Assembly: GCA_026129305.1 (NCBI GenBank)
Contig: JAHCII010000001.1
Span: 26,270 to 90,269, forward strand
DNA from: Anaerolineales bacterium
Lineage (GTDB): Bacteria > Chloroflexota > Anaerolineae > Anaerolineales > UBA11579
Reading direction: 5' to 3'
DNA: 64,000 nucleotides
In this document: positions 24,846-34,271 of the stretch, piece after piece
How the letters are laid out: each line of letters starts with the position of its first letter
Position numbering within the stretch: the first letter of the stretch is position 1
Translations under genes and position numbers: made by a program
The notes under the pieces: model-generated
What the model was told of the DNA's origin: nothing
Seen by the model: the letters and a program-made list of their open reading frames with translations, nothing else
Databases searched by the model: none

Positions 24846-25583
24846 TCAGCGCAGGTTCTGGCGCATGGAGCTGAGCTGGCCGGACACAGAACCGTCCAGG
24901 ACCTTATCACCCACGCGCACCACAATGCCGCCCAAGATGTTGGGGTCGACCTTGAAGCTGACCTCACCCTTGCCGCCAATTGCGGCCAGGACCTGCTTCT
25001 GCACATCGTCCTGCTCGGACTTGCTGAGCGGCAGGGCGCTGGTGACCGTGGCGGCCGCGCCGCTGACGCTGGCGCCCTCCAGCACAGTCACCTTGCCGGA
25101 CTTGACGCCGGAGAAGAATTCATCGATGAGGGCTTTCTGCTTCTTCTCGTCCATCGCCTCGCCGATCAGCTTCTGAGCGGCGGCAATCGCCAGGGCGCCG
25201 ACCTGACCGCGCACATCGCTAAGCACGCGGGCGCGCTCAGCGTCGACCTCCGCCAAGGCTTCCTCGCGGGCTTTGCCAGCGGTGGCTTCGGCGGCGCTGC
25301 GGATCTGTTTGGCTTGCTCTTCAGCGCGGGCAGTAACCTCGCGGGCCTCGGCAGCTGCCTTGGTACGAGCGTCATTCAGCAGCTTTTCAGCTTCCTTCTC
25401 GGCGTTGGCACGCGCCTCGGCAGCGATGGCAGCGTCTTCAAGACCCTTGCTGATGGTCTCGCGGCGGCGCTCCAACATGTTGGTGATGGGTGTGAACACC
25501 CAAGCGCGCAAAGCGATCAGCAACAGCAAAAAGCTGCAGATCTGAACGATCAGAAAACCCAGATTAATACCTAAGGCTTCCAA
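24846..25583 (-). CDS. atpF: ATP synthase F0 subunit b fused to a delta(OSCP) C-terminal-like segment
   Basis: An N-terminal TM helix and a long Ala/Glu/Lys coiled coil are typical of subunit b. The last ~65 aa 'KVDPNILGGIVVRVGDKVLDGSVSGQLSSMRQNL' match the conserved C-terminus of delta. Confidence 0.8.
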   Translation of the reverse strand: MEALGINLGFLIVQICSFLLLLIALRAWVFTPITNMLERRRETISKGLEDAAIAAEARANAEKEAEKLLNDARTKAAAEAREVTARAEEQAKQIRSAAEATAGKAREEALAEVDAERARVLSDVRGQVGALAIAAAQKLIGEAMDEKKQKALIDEFFSGVKSGKVTVLEGASVSGAAATVTSALPLSKSEQDDVQKQVLAAIGGKGEVSFKVDPNILGGIVVRVGDKVLDGSVSGQLSSMRQNLR

Positions 25584-25622
25584 TGTAGGGCTCCTTTCCT
25601 ATCGTGTCTCTCGCCTGTCCGC

Positions 25623-25847
25623 TTAGACGAACAGAACGAGCATGGCTACCACCAGGCAGTAAATGGCGATAGCTTCAGTGAACACGATACCCAGAATCAT
25701 GCTGGTTTGGATGGTGCCCGCGGCGTCCGGGTTGCGGGCAATGCCCTGCACGCCGCCATAAGCAGCCAAACCCACGCCCAAGCCGGCGCCCATCGCGCCG
25801 ATCATGGCAATTCCTGCACCAATCATTTTTGCGGCATCAGCTTCCAT
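25623..25847 (-). CDS. atpE: ATP synthase F0 subunit c
   Basis: 74 aa hairpin protein with a 'GIARNP' loop and the carboxylate in 'FTEAIAIY'. Confidence 0.97.
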   Translation of the reverse strand: MEADAAKMIGAGIAMIGAMGAGLGVGLAAYGGVQGIARNPDAAGTIQTSMILGIVFTEAIAIYCLVVAMLVLFV

Positions 25848-25882
25848 GTTTCTTCAACCTCCATCAAAGATGAGACAATTTT

Positions 25883-26911
25883 TTAGTGATGTTCTTCTTC
25901 GCCGTGATGCGAATGGGTGGCCTGAGCCATAAAGATCATGGTGAGCATACCGAACACCACAGCCTGAATCAGACCGACACCAAATTCCAGCAGCAACACA
26001 CCGGTCTGAGCCGCGACCGGAACAAGCGTACCGATAACCAACAGCAAGATCATGCCGGCGAAGATATTGCCGAACAGACGGAAAGAGAACGAAATGATCT
26101 TGGAGAATTCCGAGACGATCTCGAAGATACCGACGATGAAATCGATCTTGCCCATGCCGGGCTTGCCCAGCGCACGGATGTTGATGAACTTCTCAAAGTA
26201 GCCCAGCCCCAGAGAGCGGACACCGATAACCTGAATGGCCATGAAAGAAACGATGGCCAGACCCACGGTGAAGTTCAGGTCTGTGGCCGCAGCCCGCACG
26301 AAAGGCGCCATAATGGCGCCGCAGCTGGTGACACCGTTGACCGCCACCACCGGCAGGCTGCCAATGCGGAAGAGCTCGTCCTGGGTGCAGTCGTTGGCGA
26401 TGTCCAGATCGTGGTCGACATGATGGGCATGCTCGTAAGTGGCTTCGTTGATCACGCCGATACTGTCCACGCCGGGGATGAGTTCCATCCAGTTGACGGT
26501 CAGCACCAGCAGGGTGATGGTGGCAAAGATGGGGAAGATGGTCTTGGCCCACTTACCGGCAGTGCCTTCGGTCAAGTTGTAAATGCCTTCGAGCAGGGCT
26601 TCGATGACGCCGACGATGCCGGTGAAAACCTGCTTGCCAGACTTAAGCGCCGGGCGAATGACGAAAAAGGCCACGCCCAGCAGCAAAATGTCGGCGATGA
26701 TGACGGCCAACATGGTATTGGTCAGGTAAAAAGGCTCGCCAGTGAAGGGGAACGTGAACAAGGTGCCGGTGATCGGCTCTGCAGGCAACTGAATGTACGG
26801 GCGCAGAGGGGGAATCTTCCCTACCAAGTAAACATTAAGGGCAATAATCGCCAGAGCAATCCAGCGCTTAACCCCATACTTCCACTTGCGGGGGGCTTCT
26901 TCTTTAGCCAC
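25883..26911 (-). CDS. atpB: ATP synthase F0 subunit a (enlarged)
   Basis: 'SFSFRLFGNIFAGMILL' carries the essential Arg and 'ATDLNFTVGLA' also matches. The start is probably GTG 26911, overlapping the upstream stop as GTGGCTAA. The ORF track extends it to 26953. Confidence 0.9.
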   Translation of the reverse strand: MAKEEAPRKWKYGVKRWIALAIIALNVYLVGKIPPLRPYIQLPAEPITGTLFTFPFTGEPFYLTNTMLAVIIADILLLGVAFFVIRPALKSGKQVFTGIVGVIEALLEGIYNLTEGTAGKWAKTIFPIFATITLLVLTVNWMELIPGVDSIGVINEATYEHAHHVDHDLDIANDCTQDELFRIGSLPVVAVNGVTSCGAIMAPFVRAAATDLNFTVGLAIVSFMAIQVIGVRSLGLGYFEKFINIRALGKPGMGKIDFIVGIFEIVSEFSKIISFSFRLFGNIFAGMILLLVIGTLVPVAAQTGVLLLEFGVGLIQAVVFGMLTMIFMAQATHSHHGEEEHH

Positions 26912-27200
26912 TAGCCGCGTCCTCCTCGTCTTTCGGTAAATTAGTGGGGACAAAGCGCTTGGTAATCACGCGCGTGACCCACAGCATAGCCATTAGCGTA
27001 ACGGGCACACTTGCACACACCAAACCGAAAGTGTACATGTGGTTTTCCACTGCAAAGTAGTTGTCTAGCCATAATCCGGCGAACAGAGCTAGGAAAATGA
27101 TAGCAACTGTGAGGAGCCCGGCCAAGCCAGCCGCCGCCAACAAAGCCAGGGAAATCGGACTGCGGGCCTCACTCTGCCCGGGTTTGTTGGCTTGGCCCAT
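26904..27200 (-). CDS. AtpZ/AtpI-like small membrane protein preceding the F0 genes
   Basis: 98 aa with two TM helices, in the position upstream of atpB typical of AtpI/AtpZ. Confidence 0.6.
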   Translation of the reverse strand: MGQANKPGQSEARSPISLALLAAAGLAGLLTVAIIFLALFAGLWLDNYFAVENHMYTFGLVCASVPVTLMAMLWVTRVITKRFVPTNLPKDEEDAASG

Positions 27201-27209
27201 CGTTCGAGA

Positions 27210-27237
27210 ATTGTATCACAATCGAAAAAGCTGTCAA
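27210..27237 (-). promoter_or_regulatory. Candidate promoter of the atp F0 operon
   Basis: Minus strand reads TTGACA (27237-27232), 16 nt spacer, TGaTACAAT (-10 at 27215-27210). The ATG at 27200 lies only 9 nt downstream. Confidence 0.5.
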
Positions 27238-27255
27238 TAAAACCGGTGAGGCGGG

Positions 27256-28704
27256 CTAGAAAAGCCCGCCGGCGCCGGAAGCGGCCCAGTTGTACCAGGG
27301 CGCAATAACCACACCCAGGATAAGCACCAAGACAATCGAGACCACCAAAGTGGCCGCCTGCGGGCGGCTGGGCGCAATCACCGCCTCGCCCTTGGGTTCA
27401 TCCAGGTAGGCCACTTTCAGCACGATCAAGTAGTAGTACAGGCCTACGATCGAGTTGAGCACGCCCACCACAGCCAGCCAGATCAGGCCGGCTTGCACCG
27501 CGGCAGAGAAGGCCAGCACCTTGGCGATAAAGCCGCCCAGGGGCGGGATGCCGGCCAGCGAGAGGAAGGAGAGCAGCAAAGCCAGCGCCAACATGGGGTT
27601 GCGGCGATGCAGGCCCGCAAAATCGGCGATCTCGTCTGAACCGGTGACGTTGGAAACCACGATCACCACCGCAAAGGCGGCGATCTGCGTGACGGTGTAG
27701 ACCAGCAGGTAATAGACTACGCTGAGCACGCCCAGCTCCGAAGCGGCGGCCACGGCCAGCAGCGAATAGCCGGCATGCGCCACAGAGGAGTAGGCTAGCA
27801 GGCGTTTGATATTGTGCTGGCTAAGGGCGATCAGGTTGCCGATGGTCATGGTGAGGGCCGAACCGACGGCAATCACGTTCTGCCATTCCGGCTGAATGCT
27901 GGGGAAAGCCGCCAGCATCACCCGCATCAGCACCGCCAGACCGGCCGCCTTGGAGGCAGTGGAGAGGAAGGCGGTGATGGGTGTGGGGGACCCTTCGTAG
28001 ACATCCGGCGCCCAGAAGTGCAGCGGCGCCATGGAGACTTTGAAACCGAAGCCGACCAGCACCAACAGCAGGGCGCCGACCATGACCGGAACGGGCACAC
28101 CAGAGGCAGCCACACCGCTGGCGATGCCGTACAGGTTGGTGGTGCCGGCAAAGCCGTAGAGCAGGCTGAAGCCGTACAGCATGATGCCGGTGGTCACCGC
28201 GCCAAACAGCAGGTACTTGAAGCCCGCTTCGTTGGACTTGGGGTCGTTGGTCACGAAACCCGCCAGAATGTAGAGGGGGATGGAGGTGGTCTCGATAGCC
28301 AGGAAGAGCATGACCAGGTCGGCAGAGGCGCCCATCAGGGTCATGCCCATGGTGGAGGCCAGCAGCAGGATGTAGTACTCGCCCTTGTACCAGAGTTTCT
28401 GCCAGCCCACGCTCAGCAGGGTGACCAGCAGAGCCGAGAACAAGAAGATGACCTTGAAGATGAAGGCCAGCCAGTCATGGCGCAGCATGCCGCCCCACAG
28501 CAACTGGGGTTGGGCGCCGGGTTGGGCAAAGGCGATGGTGGCCAACAGGGTCAGGCCCAGGCCGCCAATCGTGATCCAGGCCGGCAGGGGGCTCTTCTTG
28601 CCGTGCAGCACCAAGTCGGCAACAAAAACCACCACCATCAGCAACAGCAGGGCAATCTCCGGGAGGATAGCCAACAGCATGTCAGCAGTAATCGAAGAAA
28701 ACAT
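27256..28704 (-). CDS. nuoN: NADH-quinone oxidoreductase subunit N
   Basis: 482 aa antiporter-like polytopic protein, last gene of the nuo cluster. 'LLAYSSVAHAGY' is present. Confidence 0.9.
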   Translation of the reverse strand: MFSSITADMLLAILPEIALLLLMVVVFVADLVLHGKKSPLPAWITIGGLGLTLLATIAFAQPGAQPQLLWGGMLRHDWLAFIFKVIFLFSALLVTLLSVGWQKLWYKGEYYILLLASTMGMTLMGASADLVMLFLAIETTSIPLYILAGFVTNDPKSNEAGFKYLLFGAVTTGIMLYGFSLLYGFAGTTNLYGIASGVAASGVPVPVMVGALLLVLVGFGFKVSMAPLHFWAPDVYEGSPTPITAFLSTASKAAGLAVLMRVMLAAFPSIQPEWQNVIAVGSALTMTIGNLIALSQHNIKRLLAYSSVAHAGYSLLAVAAASELGVLSVVYYLLVYTVTQIAAFAVVIVVSNVTGSDEIADFAGLHRRNPMLALALLLSFLSLAGIPPLGGFIAKVLAFSAAVQAGLIWLAVVGVLNSIVGLYYYLIVLKVAYLDEPKGEAVIAPSRPQAATLVVSIVLVLILGVVIAPWYNWAASGAGGLF

Positions 28705-30186
28705 TTATGCGCCTCCCAGCAGGGCCAGCACGGCATTCACGCCGTGCTGCACCATGGGCATAATCACGTTGGGGTAAATACCGATGGCAATCATAATGAA
28801 GCACAGGATGCCGATCGCCAGCTTTTCCGAAGGCTTGACATCGTGCATGTGGCCTTCCAGGTCCGCCGGCAGTTCACCGAAGAAGACCTGCCCCACCGCC
28901 CGCAGGATGTAAGCGGCGGTGACGGCGATGGAAACCACACTGATGATGGCGATCCAGGGGTAATTGGCGGCCCACAGGCCCATGAAGATGGGGAACTCGG
29001 CGATAAAGCCGGAGAAGCCGGGCATGCCCATCGAGACCAGACCGCCGATGATGAAGCCCACGCCGGCGAAGGGCATGATCTTCATCAGGCCGCCCAGCTT
29101 GGGAATTTCACGGGTGTGGGCCTGGTCGTAGATCATGCCGACCACGGCGAAGAAGAGGGCAGTCATCACGCCGTGCGAAACCATCTGCACGCTGGCGCCT
29201 ACCAGGCCGTTGTAGTCCAGCGTGGCGAAGCCCATCGCCACCAGGCCCATGTGCGAGACAGAAGAGTAACCGATCATGTACTTGAAGTCAGTTTGGGTCA
29301 TGGCAATAAAGGCGCCGTAGACTACGTTGACCAGTGTGAGCAGGATGATCCACCACATGTGGGTCTGGGCGCCGATAGGCAACAGCATAATGCCGACGCG
29401 CAGGGCAGCAAAAGCGCCCAGCTTCATCAGCACGCCGGCGTGGAACATGGACACCGCCGTGGGGGCCGCCACGTGGCCGACCGGGCTCCAGTTGTGGAAG
29501 GGGAAGATGCCACCCAGAACGGCGAAGCCGAAGAAGACGAAGGGGAACCACAGGTTCTGAAAAGCCGGCGAGAAGTTGGCCGTCGCCAGCAGGGTCATGT
29601 CAAAGGTGTTAAGGCCAGAGGCGAAGTACATCGCCAAGGCGCCAACCAGGGCGATCACCGAGCCGACGAAGAGGTACAGCGTCAGCTTCATCGCCGCGTA
29701 TTCCCGGGTCTGCTTCCAGCCCCACATCGCGATCAGTAGGTACATGGGGAAGACGGCGATCTCATAGAAGAAGAACAGGGCGAACATGTCCAGCGCCACA
29801 AAGACGCCAAAGACGCCGCTGGCCAGGATGAACAGGAAGGCGAAGAATTCGCGCACGCGGTCTTCGATGCGTTGTGAAATGATCACGCCGGTGAAAATCA
29901 CCACGCCGGTCAGCAGCACCAAGGGGGCGCTGATGCCGTCCACACCCAGCTTGAACGAGATGCCCAGGGCCGGCAACCAGGCGTAGTCTTCAATGAATTG
30001 ATATTGCGGCCCAGCGGCATCAAAGCCGAAGTAGACCGCCAGCGTCAACAGGAAGGTGACGAAAGCCGCACCCAGCGCGAAGCGATAGATCAGGTCGCGG
30101 TTCTTGGGGGGCAGGAAAAGCATCACCGCGCCGGCCAAAATGGGCAGCAGAACGATGGCGCTGAGGAGATAGGGGATTTGCATCAA
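28705..30186 (-). CDS. nuoM: NADH-quinone oxidoreductase subunit M (copy 2)
   Basis: 'LGVDGISAPLVLLT', 'FFFYEIAVFPMYLLIAMWG', 'MIGYSSVSHMG' are NuoM signatures. Confidence 0.9.
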   Translation of the reverse strand: MMQIPYLLSAIVLLPILAGAVMLFLPPKNRDLIYRFALGAAFVTFLLTLAVYFGFDAAGPQYQFIEDYAWLPALGISFKLGVDGISAPLVLLTGVVIFTGVIISQRIEDRVREFFAFLFILASGVFGVFVALDMFALFFFYEIAVFPMYLLIAMWGWKQTREYAAMKLTLYLFVGSVIALVGALAMYFASGLNTFDMTLLATANFSPAFQNLWFPFVFFGFAVLGGIFPFHNWSPVGHVAAPTAVSMFHAGVLMKLGAFAALRVGIMLLPIGAQTHMWWIILLTLVNVVYGAFIAMTQTDFKYMIGYSSVSHMGLVAMGFATLDYNGLVGASVQMVSHGVMTALFFAVVGMIYDQAHTREIPKLGGLMKIMPFAGVGFIIGGLVSMGMPGFSGFIAEFPIFMGLWAANYPWIAIISVVSIAVTAAYILRAVGQVFFGELPADLEGHMHDVKPSEKLAIGILCFIMIAIGIYPNVIMPMVQHGVNAVLALLGGA

Positions 30187-30202
30187 TTCACCTTATGTCC
30201 GA

Positions 30203-31777
30203 CTAGCCAAAGATTTTCAACATGGCTTGATTAATGACGTCCAGCAGCCAGGCCGGCCAAATGCCGAGCCAGAGCATCAGCACGACCAGCGGGGAAAGCA
30301 CCAGCAGCTCGCGGCGGGTGACATCCTCAAAGTGGCCTGCCTGGCCTTCGGCCACACGCCACTTCTCGTTGAGCGGGCCGTGCAGGGTCTTGGCGATGCC
30401 CTTCAGGATGTAGGCGCCGGTAAAGAGCAGGCCCAGCATGCTGAGGGCGGTGTAGAACGTGAAGATAGGCCAGGTGCCGCGCACCACCAGGAATTCCGAA
30501 ACAAAGCCATTGAGCCCGGGCAGGCCCAAGGAAGCCATGGAACTGAGGATCAGCAGGGCGCCGAAGACCGGGACGATGGCGAACAAGCCGCCCCACTCTT
30601 CCAGATTGCGAGTATGGGTGCGCTCGTAGATGATGCCGACCATGAAGAACATGGCGGCGGCTGAAATGCCGTGGTTGAACATCTGCAGCACGGCGCCGTT
30701 GACGGCGATGTTGGCGCTCTCGGTGCCCGCAGCGAAGGCCGCCGCGGCGATGCCGAGGACCACGAAGCCCATGTGGTTGACCGAAGAGTAGGCCACCAGG
30801 CGCTTGAAGTCAGTTTGAGCGAAAGCCGAGAAGGCGCCGAAGATGATGGCGGCGGTGGCCAAGGCGGCCAGCACCGGGGCATACTGCTGGGCCTGCTCCG
30901 GGTAGAGCGGCAGCACCAGGCGCAGGAAACCGTAAGCGCCCAGCTTGAGCAGTACGCCCGCCAGGATCATGGAACCGGCCGTGGGCGCTTCAGTGTGCGC
31001 ATCGGGCAGCCAGGTGTGGAAAGGCCAGATGGGCACTTTGATCGCAAAGGCAACCGCGAAGGCCCAGAAAGCCACGGCCTTGACCGTGCCGATCTCATAG
31101 CCAAAAAGCGTGCCGGTCAGGGCCGGCCAGCTCTGGTAGAGGGCAAGCAGGTCGAAGCTGCCGGACACCACGCCCAGCATTTGAATAGCGGCCAGCAGGC
31201 CCAGGGAGCCCGCCATGGTGTAGACCATGAACTTGAAGGCGGCGTAGCGGCGGGAAGGCATCTTGATGCCGTTCCACAGCTGGCGCTCGCCGCCCTTGCT
31301 GCCCCACTGGTCGATCAGGAAATACATCGGCACCAGGCCGATTTCCCAGAAGACGAAGAAGAGCAGCAGGTCCAGCGACAGGAAGACGCCCAGCATGCCG
31401 GTTTCCAGGGCCAGGAAAAGAGCCATATAGGCCTTGACCTTGTCATCCACATTGAAAGAGGCCAGAATCGCCAGCGGAGTCAAGATGACGGTGAGCAGCA
31501 CCATGCTGAGGGACAGGCCGTCAATCCCGAGGTGATAGCTGGCATTGATGGCCGGGAACCACACGTGCTGCTCCTGCATACGGAAACCGTCCACCTCCGG
31601 CGCGGCGCCGAAGCCGAACCAAGCGATCAGCGTAAAGACCAGCGGCACCAAGCTGAGAGCAAAGGCCACCCGGCGGGTCAGGTCTTTGTTCTGCCCGGGC
31701 AGCAAAAGCACCACCAGAGCCGCCAGCAAGGGGCTGAACAAAATCAGGGAGAGGATGTTTTGATTAATAAAGTCCAT
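30203..31777 (-). CDS. nuoM: NADH-quinone oxidoreductase subunit M (copy 1)
   Basis: 'LGIDGLSLSMVLLT', 'FFVFWEIGLVPMYFLIDQWG', 'LVAYSSVNHMG' are NuoM signatures. This is a paralog of the adjacent gene. Confidence 0.9.
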   Translation of the reverse strand: MDFINQNILSLILFSPLLAALVVLLLPGQNKDLTRRVAFALSLVPLVFTLIAWFGFGAAPEVDGFRMQEQHVWFPAINASYHLGIDGLSLSMVLLTVILTPLAILASFNVDDKVKAYMALFLALETGMLGVFLSLDLLLFFVFWEIGLVPMYFLIDQWGSKGGERQLWNGIKMPSRRYAAFKFMVYTMAGSLGLLAAIQMLGVVSGSFDLLALYQSWPALTGTLFGYEIGTVKAVAFWAFAVAFAIKVPIWPFHTWLPDAHTEAPTAGSMILAGVLLKLGAYGFLRLVLPLYPEQAQQYAPVLAALATAAIIFGAFSAFAQTDFKRLVAYSSVNHMGFVVLGIAAAAFAAGTESANIAVNGAVLQMFNHGISAAAMFFMVGIIYERTHTRNLEEWGGLFAIVPVFGALLILSSMASLGLPGLNGFVSEFLVVRGTWPIFTFYTALSMLGLLFTGAYILKGIAKTLHGPLNEKWRVAEGQAGHFEDVTRRELLVLSPLVVLMLWLGIWPAWLLDVINQAMLKIFG

Positions 31778-31783
31778 GGTCGC

Positions 31784-33949
31784 CTATTGCAAGATGTTGA
31801 GCAGGTAATAGAAGAAGCCGCCAAAGACCACCAGCGCCACCCACAGCAGGTACTGCTGCACCTGGCCGGTTTGGAGGATGCGCAGCAGGCGGCCCACGGC
31901 TTGGGTGATCCTGGCCAGCAAATCGGCTGCGTAGTCGATCACGGGGCCCTCGAACTTGTTGCGGAAGATCAGGCCCAGGCCCATGGCGCCGCGGGCGGCG
32001 CGGTGCAGCAGGCCGTCAATCACCACACCGTCCAGGAAGCGATAGCTGAAGTTCTCGGAAAAAGCCTGAGCGGGTTTGACAAAGATGCGCTGGTAGAGTT
32101 CGTCGAAGTAATACTTGTTTTCCAGCAGGGTGTAGACCGGGCCCAGCGCCTTGCGCAGCGGGTCGGTCTGGCCGGCATTGCGATAGACCAGATAACCCAG
32201 GCCCAAGCCGCCGAGAGCCACCACCAGCGAGACGATCAGCGGGATCCAGTTGAAGTCCACCGCAGAGGGATGCTCCAGCAGGGCGCCACCCAGGAAGTGG
32301 TGGAACCAGTTGGGGAGCAAGCCGCCGATCAGCGGGAAGTGCTCGGGGATGCCGACCCAGCCGGCGGCCACGGCAAAGACTGAGAGCACCACCAGCGGCA
32401 CGGTCATGGCCGGGACATTCTCGCTGGCATGCTCGGCTTCCTTGGTGCGCGGCTTGCCGAGGAAGGTCAGCGTGATCTGGCGCATGGTGTAGAAGGCGGT
32501 CAGCAGCGCTGCCAGGGCCAGGACGATGAACACAGCGAAATGGCCGTGGGCAAACGCGTCGGCCAGGATCTCGTCTTTGGACCAGAAGCCCGAAGTGAGC
32601 AGCGGGAAGCCGGACAAGGCCAAACCGCCGATCAGGAAGGTCCAGAAAGTGATCGGCATCTTGTCCTTCAGGCCGCCCATGTTGAACATGTCCTGCGGGT
32701 CGACCTTGTGGTCCCCGGTATGCAGCACGCCGTGCTCCACGCCGTGGATCACTGAACCCGAGCCGAGGAAGAGCAGCGCCTTGAAGAAGGCGTGGGTCAC
32801 CAGGTGGAAGGCGGCCGCCACGTAAGCGCCGATGCCGAGAGCGGCGATCATGTAGCCCAGCTGCGAAATGGTGGAGTAGGCCAGGACGCGCTTGATGTCG
32901 CGCTGGGCCACGGCGATGGTGGCGGCGAAGAGCGCCGTGAAGGCGCCGATGAAGGCCATGATGGTCATGGCCGTGGTCAGCTCGCCGTGGTGCCAGCCGG
33001 CGGAGATGAGCGGGAACATGCGCAGCACCATATAAATGCCAGCCGAGACCATCGTGGCGGCATGGATCATGGCCGAAACCGGGGTCGGGCCTTCCATGGC
33101 GTCCGGCAACCAGACGTGCAGCGGCCACTGGGCGGATTTGCCCACCGTGCCGATGAAGAGCAGAATGCTGATCAGCCCAGCCAGCGACAGCCCGCCGATA
33201 AAGCTGGGGCTGTGGGCCAGCATGTCGAGCACTTCGGCGTTGTAGAGAATGTCACGGAAGTTCAGCGTGCCGGTGGCAGCGTATAACGCCACGATGCCCA
33301 GCAGCATGAAGACATCGCCGATGCGAGTGGTCATGAAGGCTTTCATGGCCGCATCGCGGGCGGAAGGCTTGGCGTACCAGAAGCCGATCAGCAGATAGGA
33401 ACACAAACCCATGATCTCCCAGCCGACGAAGAGCGTCAGCAGGTTGTCTGAGACTACCAAGGTATACATACCAAAGGCGAACAAGGCGATGAAAGCGAAG
33501 AAACGCGCATACATCGGCTCAACCGAAGGCACCGTGTGCCCTGGATGCTTCGCATCCTTGGCACCGTGCGGCGGCAGGCCGGGGTGGTCGTGGTCACCTT
33601 TGGGCTGGCCAAAGTTGTGATAGCCGATGCTGTAGATGAAGATCATCAGCACAGTCCAGTTCACGAAGAACAGGACGATGGCTGAGAGCGGGTCGATCAT
33701 CACGCCGATCGACAAGAAGCCGTCCGCTAGGGGCAGCCAGTTGATGGCCGAGGCGAAGACGTGCTCGCCAAAGTGGTCCACACCCAGTGCAGCCATGAAG
33801 ACCAGCATGCCCAGCAGCCAGGAAATGGCGGCGGCGGCCACGCCCACCGTATGGCTGAGGGCGTTGTTGCGGCGCGTGAAGAGCAGAATAAGGAAGAACG
33901 CCAGCAGGGGCGGCAGCGGGATTAACCAGATCAGTATTTCAGTCGTCAC
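31784..33949 (-). CDS. nuoL: NADH-quinone oxidoreductase subunit L (721 aa, elongated lateral-helix region)
   Basis: 'FVGWEIMGLCSYLLIGFWY', 'VLAYSTISQLGYM' match NuoL. The C-terminus reads 'FDELYQ...VVIDG...LQTG' followed by a final TM helix. Confidence 0.93.
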   Translation of the reverse strand: MTTEILIWLIPLPPLLAFFLILLFTRRNNALSHTVGVAAAAISWLLGMLVFMAALGVDHFGEHVFASAINWLPLADGFLSIGVMIDPLSAIVLFFVNWTVLMIFIYSIGYHNFGQPKGDHDHPGLPPHGAKDAKHPGHTVPSVEPMYARFFAFIALFAFGMYTLVVSDNLLTLFVGWEIMGLCSYLLIGFWYAKPSARDAAMKAFMTTRIGDVFMLLGIVALYAATGTLNFRDILYNAEVLDMLAHSPSFIGGLSLAGLISILLFIGTVGKSAQWPLHVWLPDAMEGPTPVSAMIHAATMVSAGIYMVLRMFPLISAGWHHGELTTAMTIMAFIGAFTALFAATIAVAQRDIKRVLAYSTISQLGYMIAALGIGAYVAAAFHLVTHAFFKALLFLGSGSVIHGVEHGVLHTGDHKVDPQDMFNMGGLKDKMPITFWTFLIGGLALSGFPLLTSGFWSKDEILADAFAHGHFAVFIVLALAALLTAFYTMRQITLTFLGKPRTKEAEHASENVPAMTVPLVVLSVFAVAAGWVGIPEHFPLIGGLLPNWFHHFLGGALLEHPSAVDFNWIPLIVSLVVALGGLGLGYLVYRNAGQTDPLRKALGPVYTLLENKYYFDELYQRIFVKPAQAFSENFSYRFLDGVVIDGLLHRAARGAMGLGLIFRNKFEGPVIDYAADLLARITQAVGRLLRILQTGQVQQYLLWVALVVFGGFFYYLLNILQ

Positions 33950-33955
33950 AAGCGC

Positions 33956-34264
33956 CTACCACTTCATCAGATTGATTTCGTCGGCCGCGATGGTCTTGCG
34001 GCTGTTGTAGATCGAGATAAACAGCGCCAGGCCCACAGCCACTTCGGCGGCCGCCACGGCGAAGACCATGATGGCGAAGATCTGGCCGCCAATCTCTGCT
34101 GGGGCCAGGTAACGCCAAAAGGCGACGATATTAATATTGACGGCGTTCAGCATCAGCTCCACGCTCATCAAAATCGCCACGGCATTTTTGCGGGCCACGG
34201 CGCCAAACAGGCCCAGCGCGAACAGGCCGGCGGCCAGGTACAGATACCAAGAAAGCGGAATCAT
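33956..34264 (-). CDS. nuoK: NADH-quinone oxidoreductase subunit K
   Basis: 'MSVELMLNAVNINIVAF' and 'AAAEVAVGLAL' match NuoK. ATG 34264 was chosen over the longer ORF. Confidence 0.93.
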   Translation of the reverse strand: MIPLSWYLYLAAGLFALGLFGAVARKNAVAILMSVELMLNAVNINIVAFWRYLAPAEIGGQIFAIMVFAVAAAEVAVGLALFISIYNSRKTIAADEINLMKW

Positions 34265-34271
34265 AGTTCTC

